Below, piece by piece: positions 40,078-51,790 of a stretch of DNA of 64,000 nt. Position numbers and translations under genes: made by a program. The notes below the pieces were generated by a model. That model ran no database searches. It was not told the origin of the DNA and worked only from the letters and a program-made list of their open reading frames with translations. The stretch is from Octopus bimaculoides (Eukaryota): positions 22,140,020 through 22,204,019 of the forward strand of contig NC_068986.1 of the NCBI RefSeq assembly GCF_001194135.2, given 5' to 3'. Every line of letters starts with the position of its first letter. Within the stretch, counting starts at the first letter, position 1.

Positions 40078-40430
40078 GGAGTGGCTGTGTGGTAAGTAGC
40101 TTGCTTACCAACCATATGGTTCCAGGTTCAGTCCCACTGCATGGCACTTTGGGCAAATGTCTTCTACTATAGCCTTTGGTTGGATTTGGTAGACGGAAAC
40201 TAAAAGAAGTCCGTCGTGTGTGTATATACATATGTATGTGTGTGTATATGTTTGTGTCTGTGTTTGTCTTCCCAACATTGCTTGACAACTGATGCTGGTG
40301 TGATTACATCCCTGTAACTTAGCGGTTCGGCAAAAGTCACCAATAGAATAAGTCCTAGGGGTTGATTTGCTCGACTAAAGACGGTGCTCCAGCATGGCCA
40401 CAGTCAAATGACTAAAACAAGTAAAAGAAT
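40075..40430 (+). mobile_element. tRNA-derived SINE family A, near full length
   Basis: A-box-like TGGCTGTGTGG, B-box-like GGTTCAGTCCC, CORE-like TGGGCAAATGTCTT, internal (TG)n, tail GACTAAAACAAGTAAAAGAA. More than 10 copies in the window. Confidence 0.8.
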
Positions 40431-40589
40431 ATATATGTATCTTTGAGATACAGATCCTTATTTATGCAACATCACTGAAAGTACTAACTTCCAGGTAGTT
40501 CATCAGGTTGAAGTGCCACTTTTATCATTATTTTAATTAGTCAGAAGAGGTACAGCATCCATTCCATTACTTCTGAAAATTAGGAAGAT

Positions 40590-40930
40590 CGATGCCTTAA
40601 TGTTGGAGCTTCTGCAAGTAGACTTTTATGAGAAAAGCATGGGTAGGAGAGGAATTCCAAAGGGTTGCAAGTGGAAGAAACGATTGTGAAAAGTATTTAG
40701 AGTAGTGTTTGAAGTAAAGAAACACATAGTGAAAATAAAGAGAAAAGTGTAGAGGAGAGAAGATTTGGAACACAGTTAGTTGGAACAGAGACCATCGCGG
40801 TGATGCTAGAAGAGGAAGAGAGAAGTAATGTATCTGTGAGTGGGTGGTTGTAACATGCTGGGGATTGAATATTTAGCTAAGTTGCCTAGTAGTCAAATGA
40901 CCTTCTTTTTGGTGCAGCTTAAGGAATTTT
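40590..40930 (-). mobile_element. Jockey/CR1-group LINE 3' remnant
   Basis: Minus frame FLPLATLWNSSPTHAFLIKVYLQKLQH*GIDL resembles the LWNSLP C-terminus of LINE ORF2. Confidence 0.55.
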
Positions 40931-41293
40931 GTGTGTGTGAGAGAGAGAGAGAGTGTGTACCATTGTTACAAGCCAACAATACTTTTTGCTAAGTCCATGA
41001 AAAGGAAGCCTAGTTTTGGGGAATGCATGCAAATACCCAAACATGCTCACACAGTCATTACAAGAGATTATCAAAGATGATGTGGTCTAACAAAACTAGT
41101 TAATCATACTGTCTCAATGCAATACACTGCCCTACCACCATCTACTGGGATGATGATACATAAAACAGTATTGTTTTCATGTAATTCAATGAATTTTCTT
41201 TAAGAAAATGTCTCAAGCATAATTTGTGTTTCTGACTGCAATGTCATTGGCTTTTTTCTTTTATCTGATTTTGATGGGAACATGTGCTCTTAT

Positions 41294-41479
41294 CAGTGCT
41301 CTGCAATCATTTTTCACTTGAGGTAAACTTATATTCTTTTCAAAATTTGGCACCACACCTGAACTAAAAGTATAACTAAAAGTACAGGGAAAAAAATTAT
41401 ATTCAGGTAACATTGTGGCACACCTAGCATCGTCTTGTGACACAACAGTGTGCCGTGGCATACAAGCTGCAGAGCGGTG
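41294..41479. mobile_element. Decayed hAT-like MITE
   Basis: CAGTGCTCTGCAA / CTGCAGAGCGGTG ends, subterminal GTGTGCCGTGGCA, CTCT-containing flanks on both sides. Confidence 0.45.
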
Positions 41480-42641
41480 CTCTAAACCACAATGCATTTA
41501 ACACAATAATATATGGAGCAGGAAAATGGTAGAAAGTTAACTCGGGGCCAATAATGTTGAATGATTAATTCTAAGATTTATTGATGGTCACTGCAAAATG
41601 GAATGATTAGAAACTGTCCTAATTTAAAAAGAAAAAAAATTTCAATTAATATTATACATCTCTGGGGTATTGACTAAAAAATCACCTAAATTTTTCTTTC
41701 TTAGGTTTGAATAATAAGAATTATTACTATCAGGACATACTGAAACTTGAAGGCTTTCACACAATAGCTCAAAATGGTTTCAAACTTGGGATTTTTATAG
41801 CAGGATTATTTATATAATACAGTGTACTGCTAATAAGCTAATAATAATGAATGAATCAAAGGTAATTTGGTCATGCTATACTCAAAAGAAATGAGTAAAC
41901 TCCTGGTTCTATCAAAAATATCTTTCCAAAACAGTCATTGTTATTCATTATAAATAATAAGCAATTATGGTTGTTTTTTTTGTTTTTTTTACAGAATTCA
42001 AATTAATTTGTCAAAAAAGATAAAGTAGAAAATTTCATTTTCTCTCTTTCTAAGCAGCAGCTGCACACACTTGTTCAGATTTACTTAGCTGGAAAATACT
42101 TAACACAATGAGATAATACCAATTAACAAAACTAATGCAGTAGTGTAGCAAACATCCTCAAGTTAGACAAAAAAAAAAAAAAAGAGAAAAGAAAAAGAAT
42201 TTGCGACCAATTCAGGTATTTCTAATTTTGACTTAACTACTATTTTCTTCCTCCCAATTATCCAATGTTCCAATTTCCTTCTTATTATTATCATTGGCAG
42301 AATTGTTAGCAAGCTGGGCAGAGTGCTTAGCAGAATTCCGTCTTTATGGGTCAATAAAATAAGCACCAGTTAAATACTGGGGTCGATGTAATCAACTTAA
42401 CCCCCCCACCCTAGAATTACTGACCTTGGGCCAAACATTAGCAATTTTAATATAACTTTCTGGATAGAATTTGAGAAAACTAAGTAATGGTCTGTGTTGG
42501 TAAATAGTAAATGCAAAAAGGTGAAAAAGTGGAGAAAATTTGTTTGCTGTGAGGAAGAGGAGGAGGAGGAGATAATCTAACATTTTGGGTAGGACACTTC
42601 ATCAAAGGAATGAGAAATAAACAATTATCAATAAGACCAGG

Positions 42642-42990
42642 CACAGCAATATGGTTAAGAAGCTCGCTTTGCAAACACATGGTTTCAGGTTCAGTCCCAC
42701 TACAAGGCACAGTGGGCTAGTGTCTTTTACTGTAGCCCTTGGCCAACCAAAAGCTTGTGAGTGAATTTGGTAGATGGAAACTGTGTGTGTGTGTGCTCAC
42801 ATGTGCATCCACCCACTGCTTGACAACCAGTAATGGTTTCTTTACATCTCCATAACTGAGCAGTTCAGCAAAAGAAACAGATAAAATAGGTATCAGACTT
42901 AAAAATACTGGGATTGATTTGTTTCACTAAAACCCTTCAAGGTGGTGCTCCAACAGGGTCATTAGTCCAAGGATTAAAACAAATAAAATG
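42642..42990 (+). mobile_element. SINE family A (older copy)
   Basis: Head, CORE-like segment and tail recognisable. Confidence 0.7.
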
Positions 42991-43561
42991 AAAGAGAACA
43001 CAAATGTCCTACAGACAGACAACTCTGCCTTCGACTGCAATGTTTATAAAATTGAAGTTGACTGAACACTTTCTAGGAAGTAAATCCTAGAATGTGTTGA
43101 TGTAGTTTCATGCAGTTAAACTAATTGTATAGTTTCTAATACTACAGCACATGAAGTTACTATTGCTTTGTTAAATCCCATGTTGTGTAAATAAAGCAAA
43201 AATGTGAAAGAACAGTTTCTTGTAGCAAATTTGTTTGTTTCTTTTTATCATCAACAGAACAGAGTCCTCAGAAGAGTAATTTAGAAAGAGAACAATTTGG
43301 TTGTCTATGATTTCATCAGAGATGACCTTGTCTAATCATGAGAGGCCAAAAATGGAGCACACTACATAATCTAGTTCTCTCAGGTGTAGCTAGTTAACAG
43401 TCCAGGTTTCACAAAAGGCTACAAAGAAATGGTGTCAGGACACAGCTGTGCCTCATCCATAAGAGTCGCTCAAAATAGACCAGATACTGTTAGACACTAT
43501 TCATCACATGCTTACACACATGTAAATACAGACTGACACACTGACACCTTGTATGTTCTTT

Positions 43562-43915
43562 TATTTATTTTTTGTTTCAGTCATTTGACTATGACCATGC
43601 TGGAGCACCGCCTTTAGTCGAACAAATCGACCCCAGGACTTATTCTTTGTAAGCCTAGTACTTATTCTATCTGTCGCTTTTGCCAAACCGCTAGGTTACG
43701 AGGGATGTAAACACACCAAGGACAAACACAGACACACAAACATATACACACACACGTGTGTATATGACGGGCTTCTTTCAGTTTCCATCTACCAAATCCA
43801 CTCACAAGGCTTTGGTCAGCCTGAGGCTATAGTAGAAGACACTTGCCTAAGGTGCCATGCAGTGGGACTGAACCCGGAACCATGTGGTTGGTAACCAAGC
43901 TACTTACCACACACC
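43562..43915 (-). mobile_element. SINE family A
   Basis: Reverse complement of the family A consensus. Confidence 0.8.
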
Positions 43916-44211
43916 CACTCCCACATATACNNNNNNNNNNNNNNNNNNNNNNNNNNNNNNNNNNNNNNNNNNNNNNNNNNNNNNNNNNNNNNNNNNNNNN
44001 NNNNNNNNNNNNNNNNNNNNNNNNNNNNNNNNNNNNNNNNNNNNNNNNNNNNNNNNNNNNNNNNNNNNNNNNNNNNNNNNNNNNNNNNNNNNNNNNNNNC
44101 CATAATGAAATGTGAGCTAGATGAGGTTTCCTTTGCAACCAGTCTAGATGAGAAGACCTGTCCAACTCATATGCCTGCATGGACAATGTAAAACGATGAT
44201 GATGATGATTA

Positions 44212-44259
<48 letters not shown>

Positions 44260-45422
44260 TGAAATTTAATCATTTAATTCTGGAAATTTGTTTATTGTGA
44301 GAACATCACAAATGTTGAATTAAATTTGATAACAAAATTATTTTTTGAATGAGACAATCACCGAGAGGTTAATATTCATGACTGCTAAACTGAAGGTTAA
44401 AAATTGAAATGTAGTTATAATTAGTGTGTTGACTGTTTGACAAAACACATAGCTATGATTGACTTAGTTCTGCCTGGCCAACTTCTGGTCTTCTTAATCA
44501 AGAAATGGTTACTATAATAATATAAATAATATATAAATATATGCATATATACATACATATATGTACATACCTACATATATATGTATATATACATGCATAT
44601 ATGGGTACAGGACATCAAACAAACATTAAACACAATGAGAAATGAAAACATAGAAAACAAACTTTTTTCGAACAACGAAAAAAACAGAGAAACGAGACAT
44701 GCAACATAAAGAATATACCCCTTCTTCAGTTGTCCCTGTTTCATCTACTCCGCGTTTCGAAGGTAAGGACAATATGCGACTTCATTGAAACTATAAAATA
44801 CACCTATCTATCTATAAACAGAATTGCACCAATAATGTGTGAATGTTTAATTTGTAGAAACCATCATCATCATCACCATCATTTAACGCCTGTTTTCTGT
44901 GCTGGAATGGGTTGGATGGTTTAACAGGAGCTGGCCTGCCAGAGGGCTGCACCAGACCCCAGTTGTCTGTTTTGGCATGGTTTCTGCAGCTGGATGACCT
45001 TCTTAACATCAACCACTTTACAGAGTATACTGAATGCTTTCTATGTGCCATCAGCATGGGTGCTCTATATGTGGCACCAGAATGAGTGCTTTTTACATGG
45101 TACAGGCACATTTTATGTGGCACCAGCACCCGTGAGCTTGCAAAATAAGGACCTCTCACCTGAGAGAGGGAATGGAACCAAGCGATTAGAGTATGACAAG
45201 GAAGGCAGGAGAGAGTTAGATAGAAAGACAGCTGGAGTGATAGTGAGAGGGCCAGCCCAACGGTAACAGTGGGAGTAGTATAAGTAGTCCAGAGGGGACA
45301 GAGGAAGATGTTAGGGAAAATAGTTATTAAATGCTTAATAATTTAAAGAAAGTAAACTGGAGGCTAGGAAATATATAGATATAATAAGTGATAGATGAGT
45401 AAAACGAAAGGGTGAGAGAGAG

Positions 45423-46185
45423 CAGTAGCGTAACTAGGCGGGGAGGGCAAGCGGGGGATTACATGCCCCGGGTGCTGATTGAAGTGGGGGAGCCGAGTGG
45501 GGAAGATCACATACCCCGGGTGCCGATTGAAGGGGGAGGCAAGCGAGGTGGTGGTGGGGGGATCACTTGCCACCCCGGACGCCAATTGAATGGGTGGGAG
45601 ATCACGTGCCCCTGGCGCCGATTGAAGGGGGAGGCAAGCGAGGTGGTGGTGGGGGGATCACTTGCCACCCCGGACGCCAATTGAATGGGTNNNNNNNNNN
45701 NNNNNNNNNNNNNNNNNNNNNNNNNNNNNNNNNNNNNNNNNNNNNNNNNNNNNNNGGGGGGGGATCACATGTCCCGGACGCCGATTGAAGGGAGGGAGCG
45801 AGTGGGGAGATCACGTGCCCCTGGCGCGCCTCATCAAAAGCAAGAAAGATGAGACTTCAAACAATTGTTTTTTTTTTTTTATTACTTCTCATTTCACATA
45901 TCAGGTTTTTTACTGTTTCAATCGGAGAAGCTGGTGCATTAGAGGGTTAAAATAAGGAGGTTTCGGAAAAGTAAACATTCCAAAAATATATTTTGAATTA
46001 CAGGCTCTACCGAACTGGCAGGTAAATGAACCCTGGTAAAGTATTTAGTCCTAAAATATCGCTTTAAAACATTAATTACTTGTAACAAACAAGTACTATA
46101 TAATATTGTGGATTTTGAATGGAGGGGGGGGGGGGCACATTTTTGCAACTTGCCCCAGGTACGGTTTACCCTAGCTATGCCACTG
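45423..46185. mobile_element. Non-autonomous hAT-like element with GC-rich internal tandem repeats (contains an N gap)
   Basis: TIRs CAGTAGCGTAACTAGG / CCTAGCTATGCCACTG (13/16); 8-bp TSD AGAGAGAG / GGAGAGAG. Confidence 0.75.
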
Positions 46186-46714
46186 GGAGAGAGAAAGAGA
46201 AAAAGAGACTAGGTAATAGTTTAAACTAACTTAGTTGTTGAGTACTCTCAGTGAATAAATGCCTTGACTAGACAAATTGGGACACATTGTATGGTGGTTA
46301 GTTATCACACACACACCACCACCACCATCATCGTCATCATCGTCACCATCATCATTTAACATTCATTTTCCATGCTGGCTTAGGTTGAATGGTCTGATAG
46401 GATCTGGCAAGCTGCAGAGCTGTGTTGGACTCCAATGGCAAGGTTTCTACAGTTGGATGCCCTTCCTTGTGCCAACCATTTTACATTGTATACTAGGTGT
46501 CCTTTTTTTTGTGGCACCAGCACCAGTGAGGTCACCAAGTAACTTGCAAGACAAAGAACAGGAAAAAGAAAAAGCCCCCTTGATTGAGTGGGAGTGTGGT
46601 TGAAGGAGGAGGAGGAGGAGGCTAAAGTACAATAGACAAAGTTGTAAAGTATATAAAAAATATATTCTGCATGGTGCATGACTTGGGTGAAAATGAGCAT
46701 ACAGTCAGCTTTTA

Positions 46715-47520
46715 AAGGTTGGAGTTTAGTTGATAGCTTTGACCTCAGTATATGACTGGTACTAATTTTATTGAGCTGAAAGGAAGGAAGGCAAAGTTGA
46801 TCTCAAGGAGATTTGAATATACAATGTAAAGAGCTAGAAAAAAAACACTGCAAAGCAATTTTTGGGTATTCTAACAATTCTGCCGATCTTCTTCTACTAC
46901 TACTACTACTACTAATAATAATAATAATAATAATAATAATGATTTAAAATTTTGATACAAGGCCAATAATTTTTTTTGAGAGTGAGAGTAAGTTTATTAC
47001 ATTGACCCCAGTTCTCAACTGGCACTTATTTCATTGACCCTGAAAGGATGAAAGGCAAAGTCAACCTCAGTGGAATTTGAACTCAGAACATAAAGATGAA
47101 TAAAATATTGCTAAGCATTTTGCCCAGTGTGCTAACGATTCTGCCAGCTTGCCGTTTTAATATTATTAATAATATTAGTAGTTCTTGATTTAAGCAGGAG
47201 ACCAGTTATGTTGAGGGGAGTACTCAACAGGTACTTTATTTTAATGACTGACCCCAGAAGGACGAAAAGTAAATTTGGCCTCAGTAGGATTTGAACTCAG
47301 AATGTAAGGAACCGAAACATATTTGAAAACATTTTTCCAATGCTCTAACAAGTTTACCAGTTTGCCACCTAAATAGCGATAATTATTAATAATGATTTCT
47401 AGTTTAGGATCAAGGCCACAATTTTTGGAGTTCCTTTTTTTGGGGACAGAACAGGTGTTAGTTGATTGAATTAACCCCTATATTAGTTTGCTACTTTATT
47501 TTATTGAACCCAGAAGGACA
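46715..47520 (-). mobile_element. Cluster of four same-orientation SINE family B copies separated by (TAA)n/AT-rich spacers
   Basis: About 46715-46885, 46945-47157, 47185-47372 and 47400-47520. Confidence 0.7.
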
Positions 47521-48327
47521 CAATAGGAGTTAATATAATAACAATAATCTTGTTAAGAATAATAATCTTTGTATCATTCTAATTATAGAATATGTACAAC
47601 TGAAGATCTTTCCTCATTATCCAGCAGATGACAGCATAACAAAAACAAAAAAATTAAGCTAAGATTGTAACGATGAACTAATAACGATAAATTGTCCACT
47701 GCGCCAATTACTATTCTTTCAGTTTTCAATTGACAAATACCACTGGAAATGAACCCCTAATGCTAACTATGTTTCAGAGGCACAATGAAACGAAGCATCT
47801 TGAAATGGTACATTAATAAGTATCGAAACCTGGAGATATCTGACCATGAACAAGACTGCCCGGAGATTCTGCACTCTCAACATGATAAATAACACATAGC
47901 AACAGTCACATCTGCCTTGCAACTTATAGCACACTGTTATTACTTCTGCTGCAGTTACTACTGCTACTATAGATGAAACTTATACAATAACATTGCCCCT
48001 CCCTCCTCCCTACAAAAATAAGCTTTAACTCTATCAAGATGGAAGGTAGGAGCGACAGAAACTGTTGGGTACTGGACTGAATTAGTCACAATATTTTGTT
48101 TCATACCTCTACACACCTATTCCAAATCTAACAAGGGTGGGGTGACTTCGCTTTTTTCATCCATTCAATGAAATAAGTGCCAACACTGATGTTGATTCAT
48201 TCATTCTTTTTTTCATTGAACCTAAGCACCATCTGGAACCTTCTCAGAACTGGAGCCAATTCATTCATCTATATGCCTTACCTTAAACACTTAGAAACTT
48301 GAACTGATGTGATAAATCGTTTATATA

Positions 48328-48556
48328 TCAACCTTTTAGCATTCAGATGACTCTGTCAGATGTAATGCTTATTCATTCATGTTGCTTTGAATTACTCATG
48401 CATTATCTTGTAGCTTCAAGATTTCGATGATGTGATTGTTTATTTTTAGAATGACATTGTAGGATAGGTGTGAGAGGCTGGATCTAGTCAGTTTGAACGT
48501 AAAACAGATACAATATTTTTGGCTGGACATGGCCAGCTTAAATGCTAAGGAGTTAA
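48328..48556 (+). mobile_element. piggyBac-like MITE family 1
   Basis: TCAACCTTTTAGCA...TGCTAAGGAG|TTAA. Confidence 0.65.
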
Positions 48557-49314
48557 TGTATTTTGCTCTTATGAGAAGTAACGCCACACACTCAAACGGG
48601 AGTCGAAAGTGCGCAGGGCTGTGGAGTCTGTACACAAAATCTTTCACTTCTCAATCAATAACTGCATCAATTCTGACCAATCCCTCAATTTTACTGTGCC
48701 ATCAATTCCAAGTGAGAGACTCCTCTACATGTAATTAGACTTAGCATATAAAGCAAACATGGAGAATACGAACCACCAGGCTACATTTTAAGCACCCTAA
48801 CCTGTTAAAGTTTGAGTTTACTGGATATACCTAGCAGTGGTGGTGTTTTTAAATATTAAAGTTACAAACAATTAACCACAAGACAAGCTTAGATAACTAG
48901 AAAAAAAAAAGCTGATTGAAAGCACACACCTTACGTAGCTAATATGAATCATCAAACTATTTTTTATCATCCACCTAACCATGTGGTTTAATTAAATAAT
49001 TATTTATATATTTAAATAATAAAGCATAAGAAAAGCTTAGAAAAAAAATGAAGCTGATTTTATCAAAAGTCATAAAGAAAAAAGCTATAAATAAAATAAA
49101 CTGTAAAAATATTATAAAGGAAAATCAGGAACATGTTTAACAGTTCAAAAATGTAAAAAAGAACATCATTTAAATCTAAAAGATTGAACACTTAAAGCAA
49201 CTTAAATGACCATTTTAAAAGAAAGAGACTCAATTAGACACATAATCCTTCTTTTCAAGTTAAAGAACCATGTGAATGTAACATGAAAGATCACATGAAA
49301 TGAAATGATTACAT

Positions 49315-49547
49315 CGTAAAATATTGAACAGTTTATCTCCAAAAACCAGCCATATTGAACCCCAAAATTCTACTTGTTTTATGTTCAATCTGCCAGATCT
49401 GGCCTCTTGCATCTACCCTACAATGTTATTCTAAATATAAATAATCATGTCATCGTAATCTTGAAGATTGGATGCATGATTAATTCAAAATAATGTAACT
49501 GAATAAGCATTGCATTTGACAGAGTCATCTAAATGCAAAAGGGTTAA
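49315..49547 (-). mobile_element. piggyBac-like MITE family 1, reverse orientation
   Basis: Reverse complement of the family body; ends AAAAGGG|TTAA. Confidence 0.6.
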
Positions 49548-49596
49548 AACTATGGAATAGAGGTAAAAATTAAAAATCCAAATGTAAAATTTGCTA

Positions 49597-49993
49597 GACA
49601 TAGGAGTGGCTGTGTGGGAAGTGACTTGCTTACCAACCACATGGTTCAGGGTTCAGTCCCACTGCGTAGCACCTTGGGCAAGTGTTTTCTACTATTGCCT
49701 CAGGTTGACCAAAGCCTTGTGAGTGGATCTGGCAGATGGAAACTGAAAGAAGCCCGTTGTTTGTGTGTGTGTGCGCGCGTGCGTGTATATATGTTTGTGT
49801 GTCTGTATTTGCTCCCCACCATCGCTTGACATCTGATGCTGGTGTTTACGTCCCCGTAACTTAGCAGTTTGGCCAAAGAGACCAATAGAATGAGTACTAG
49901 GCTTACAAAGAATGAGTCCTGGGGTCGATTTGTTCGACTAAATGCGGTGCTCCAGCATGGCTATAATCAAATGACTGAAACAAATAAAAGAAT
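49597..49993 (+). mobile_element. SINE family A, near full length
   Basis: Colinear with the 40075 copy. Confidence 0.8.
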
Positions 49994-51249
49994 AGCATTG
50001 TGTTCTTAGAAACAGAGTTGCTTCTACTGGATCCTTTACAGAAGCCCTTAAATCTGATTTGATAATTTTTTTCTCACGTTAGTATCTGTGAAACTGAAAA
50101 TTTTGATGCATTATCATACATTTTACATTTAGTTGAAGTCAGAATCAGTAAAACTGACTCCAGCTCTAGAAATCCAATAACTGCTTCCTACTCTGACTCC
50201 AACTTTGCAGCCCTGAAAATATCAGTAATCATTAGGTTAGCCAAGATTAGTACACTCCTACTGCCCTCTGCCATGGAACATTACAAAACCAAGTTAAATT
50301 TTATTTTCAAAATGTTTAACATTTTAACCCTTTCGATATCAGCCTGCTTCAAATAGACTCTAGTCTTACAATATGAAATCATCCATCTTAAAAAGCTCAC
50401 ATTTGAATTAATGTTGAATATTATAATTTTATGCAAGAACCAGCTAACAAATGAAAAAGTTATTCTTGATTATTTTCATCATCATTTAAGGTCTATTTTC
50501 CATGCTGGCAAGGCCAGGGGCTACACAAAGTTCCATTGTCTATTTCAGCTTTGTTTCTGCAGCTGGACATCCTAACGCTAACCACTTTACAGAGAGTAGT
50601 GGTTGCTTTTTATGTGGCACCAGCATGCAAAAAATACCTATTCACAACATATTTCATTAAAAATGTGGTCTTGAAAAAGTACTCTCAATTGATTTCAACA
50701 ATCACACTGTTTGTAAAGTGACCTATTTAAAGCTTAATTTTAAGATGCAAATTTATCAAAAGTTTTCTAGATTTCTAAATGTTTTACTCTGGATAATCGT
50801 TGAGAAGACGGTGTTGCCTTAGCAGAGGTTTGTGCTCTCTGAGTGCTCTTGTTTAGGATATATTTACATAGATACCACCTGAAAAATAATAGACTTCTAT
50901 TATCACTACCATCACCCACCATTCAAAAATTACTACAACACACTCTTGATAGCTACAATACAGACTACTAATAATCAAAGAGAGGTACTACAACATATTC
51001 ATGTTATTTTTTTCTTCTTTTTGGGTGTGGAAGAAAGGGTTGTGCTTATATAGCTGTCACAACTCTTTTAAAACTTTGTGAGATTGAGGTCATTAATATA
51101 TTTCACTTGAAGTATAGCAAGTTGACAGCTGCAAGAAAAAACATGTGTAGAGAGGGACCTCTAGAAGGTCGAGGTTTTACAAAGAGGAAGGACCTGGGAA
51201 GTAACAGTTCAAGATTTGGGTCAGTTGGACGTAATGTGGTTTAAAATTA

Positions 51250-51440
51250 ATTCTGGCACAAGACCAGCAATTTTAGGGGGAAGTCAATTAATTACATCAA
51301 CCTCAGTTCTCAACTGGTACTTACTTTATTGACCCCCAAAAAGATGAAAGGCCTTGGCAGAATTTGAACTCAGAATGTAAAGAGCCATAAGAAATGCCAC
51401 TATTTTGTCTGACATGCTGACAATTCTACCAGCTCACTGC
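51250..51440 (-). mobile_element. SINE family B
   Basis: Colinear with the family B consensus. Confidence 0.7.
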
Positions 51441-51459
51441 CTTTGTGTTGGACTTAATA

Positions 51460-51790
51460 TAAATGGTGAGAGGAGGAGGGCTGAAGGCAGAGTGCAAGTG
51501 ACATGCGACAAAACAGTTCAGAGAAGCAGACACCATTGTAGTAGAGCTAGAAAAAGTAGTGAGGAGACACAGCCTGTTTGTGGGTCAGAGGTTGGAATAT
51601 GTTTATGAGTAACTTCTAATTTATCTAGTGACCTTTGGTTGGTTGGAATCTAGGATGACTATGTATGTAACAGAAGCATTGTTCCTGATATTGAAACTGT
51701 ACTCCACTGTGAATCTCATCTAAACTATGTAGAGGGGCTTGTAGTTGTTGTAGTTGTATTTTCTGAATTCAAAGAGCAAGACCAGGCTTG
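51460..51790 (-). mobile_element. Jockey/CR1-group LINE remnant
   Basis: Minus frame AVSPHYFF*LYYNGVCFSEL resembles the FYRYYNGxCSxEL motif of LINE ORF2. Confidence 0.5.

Larger units (their letters stand above)
48614..50215. mobile_element. hAT-like element (CAGGGCTG termini) hosting a nested MITE and SINE
   Basis: Left end CAGGGCTGTGGAGTC, right end GACTCCAACTTTGCAGCCCTG. TSD poorly preserved. Confidence 0.5.

Noticed and set aside
45364-45955. Gly/Pro-rich ORFs
   Set aside because: Translations of the GC-rich tandem repeat inside the hAT-like element.
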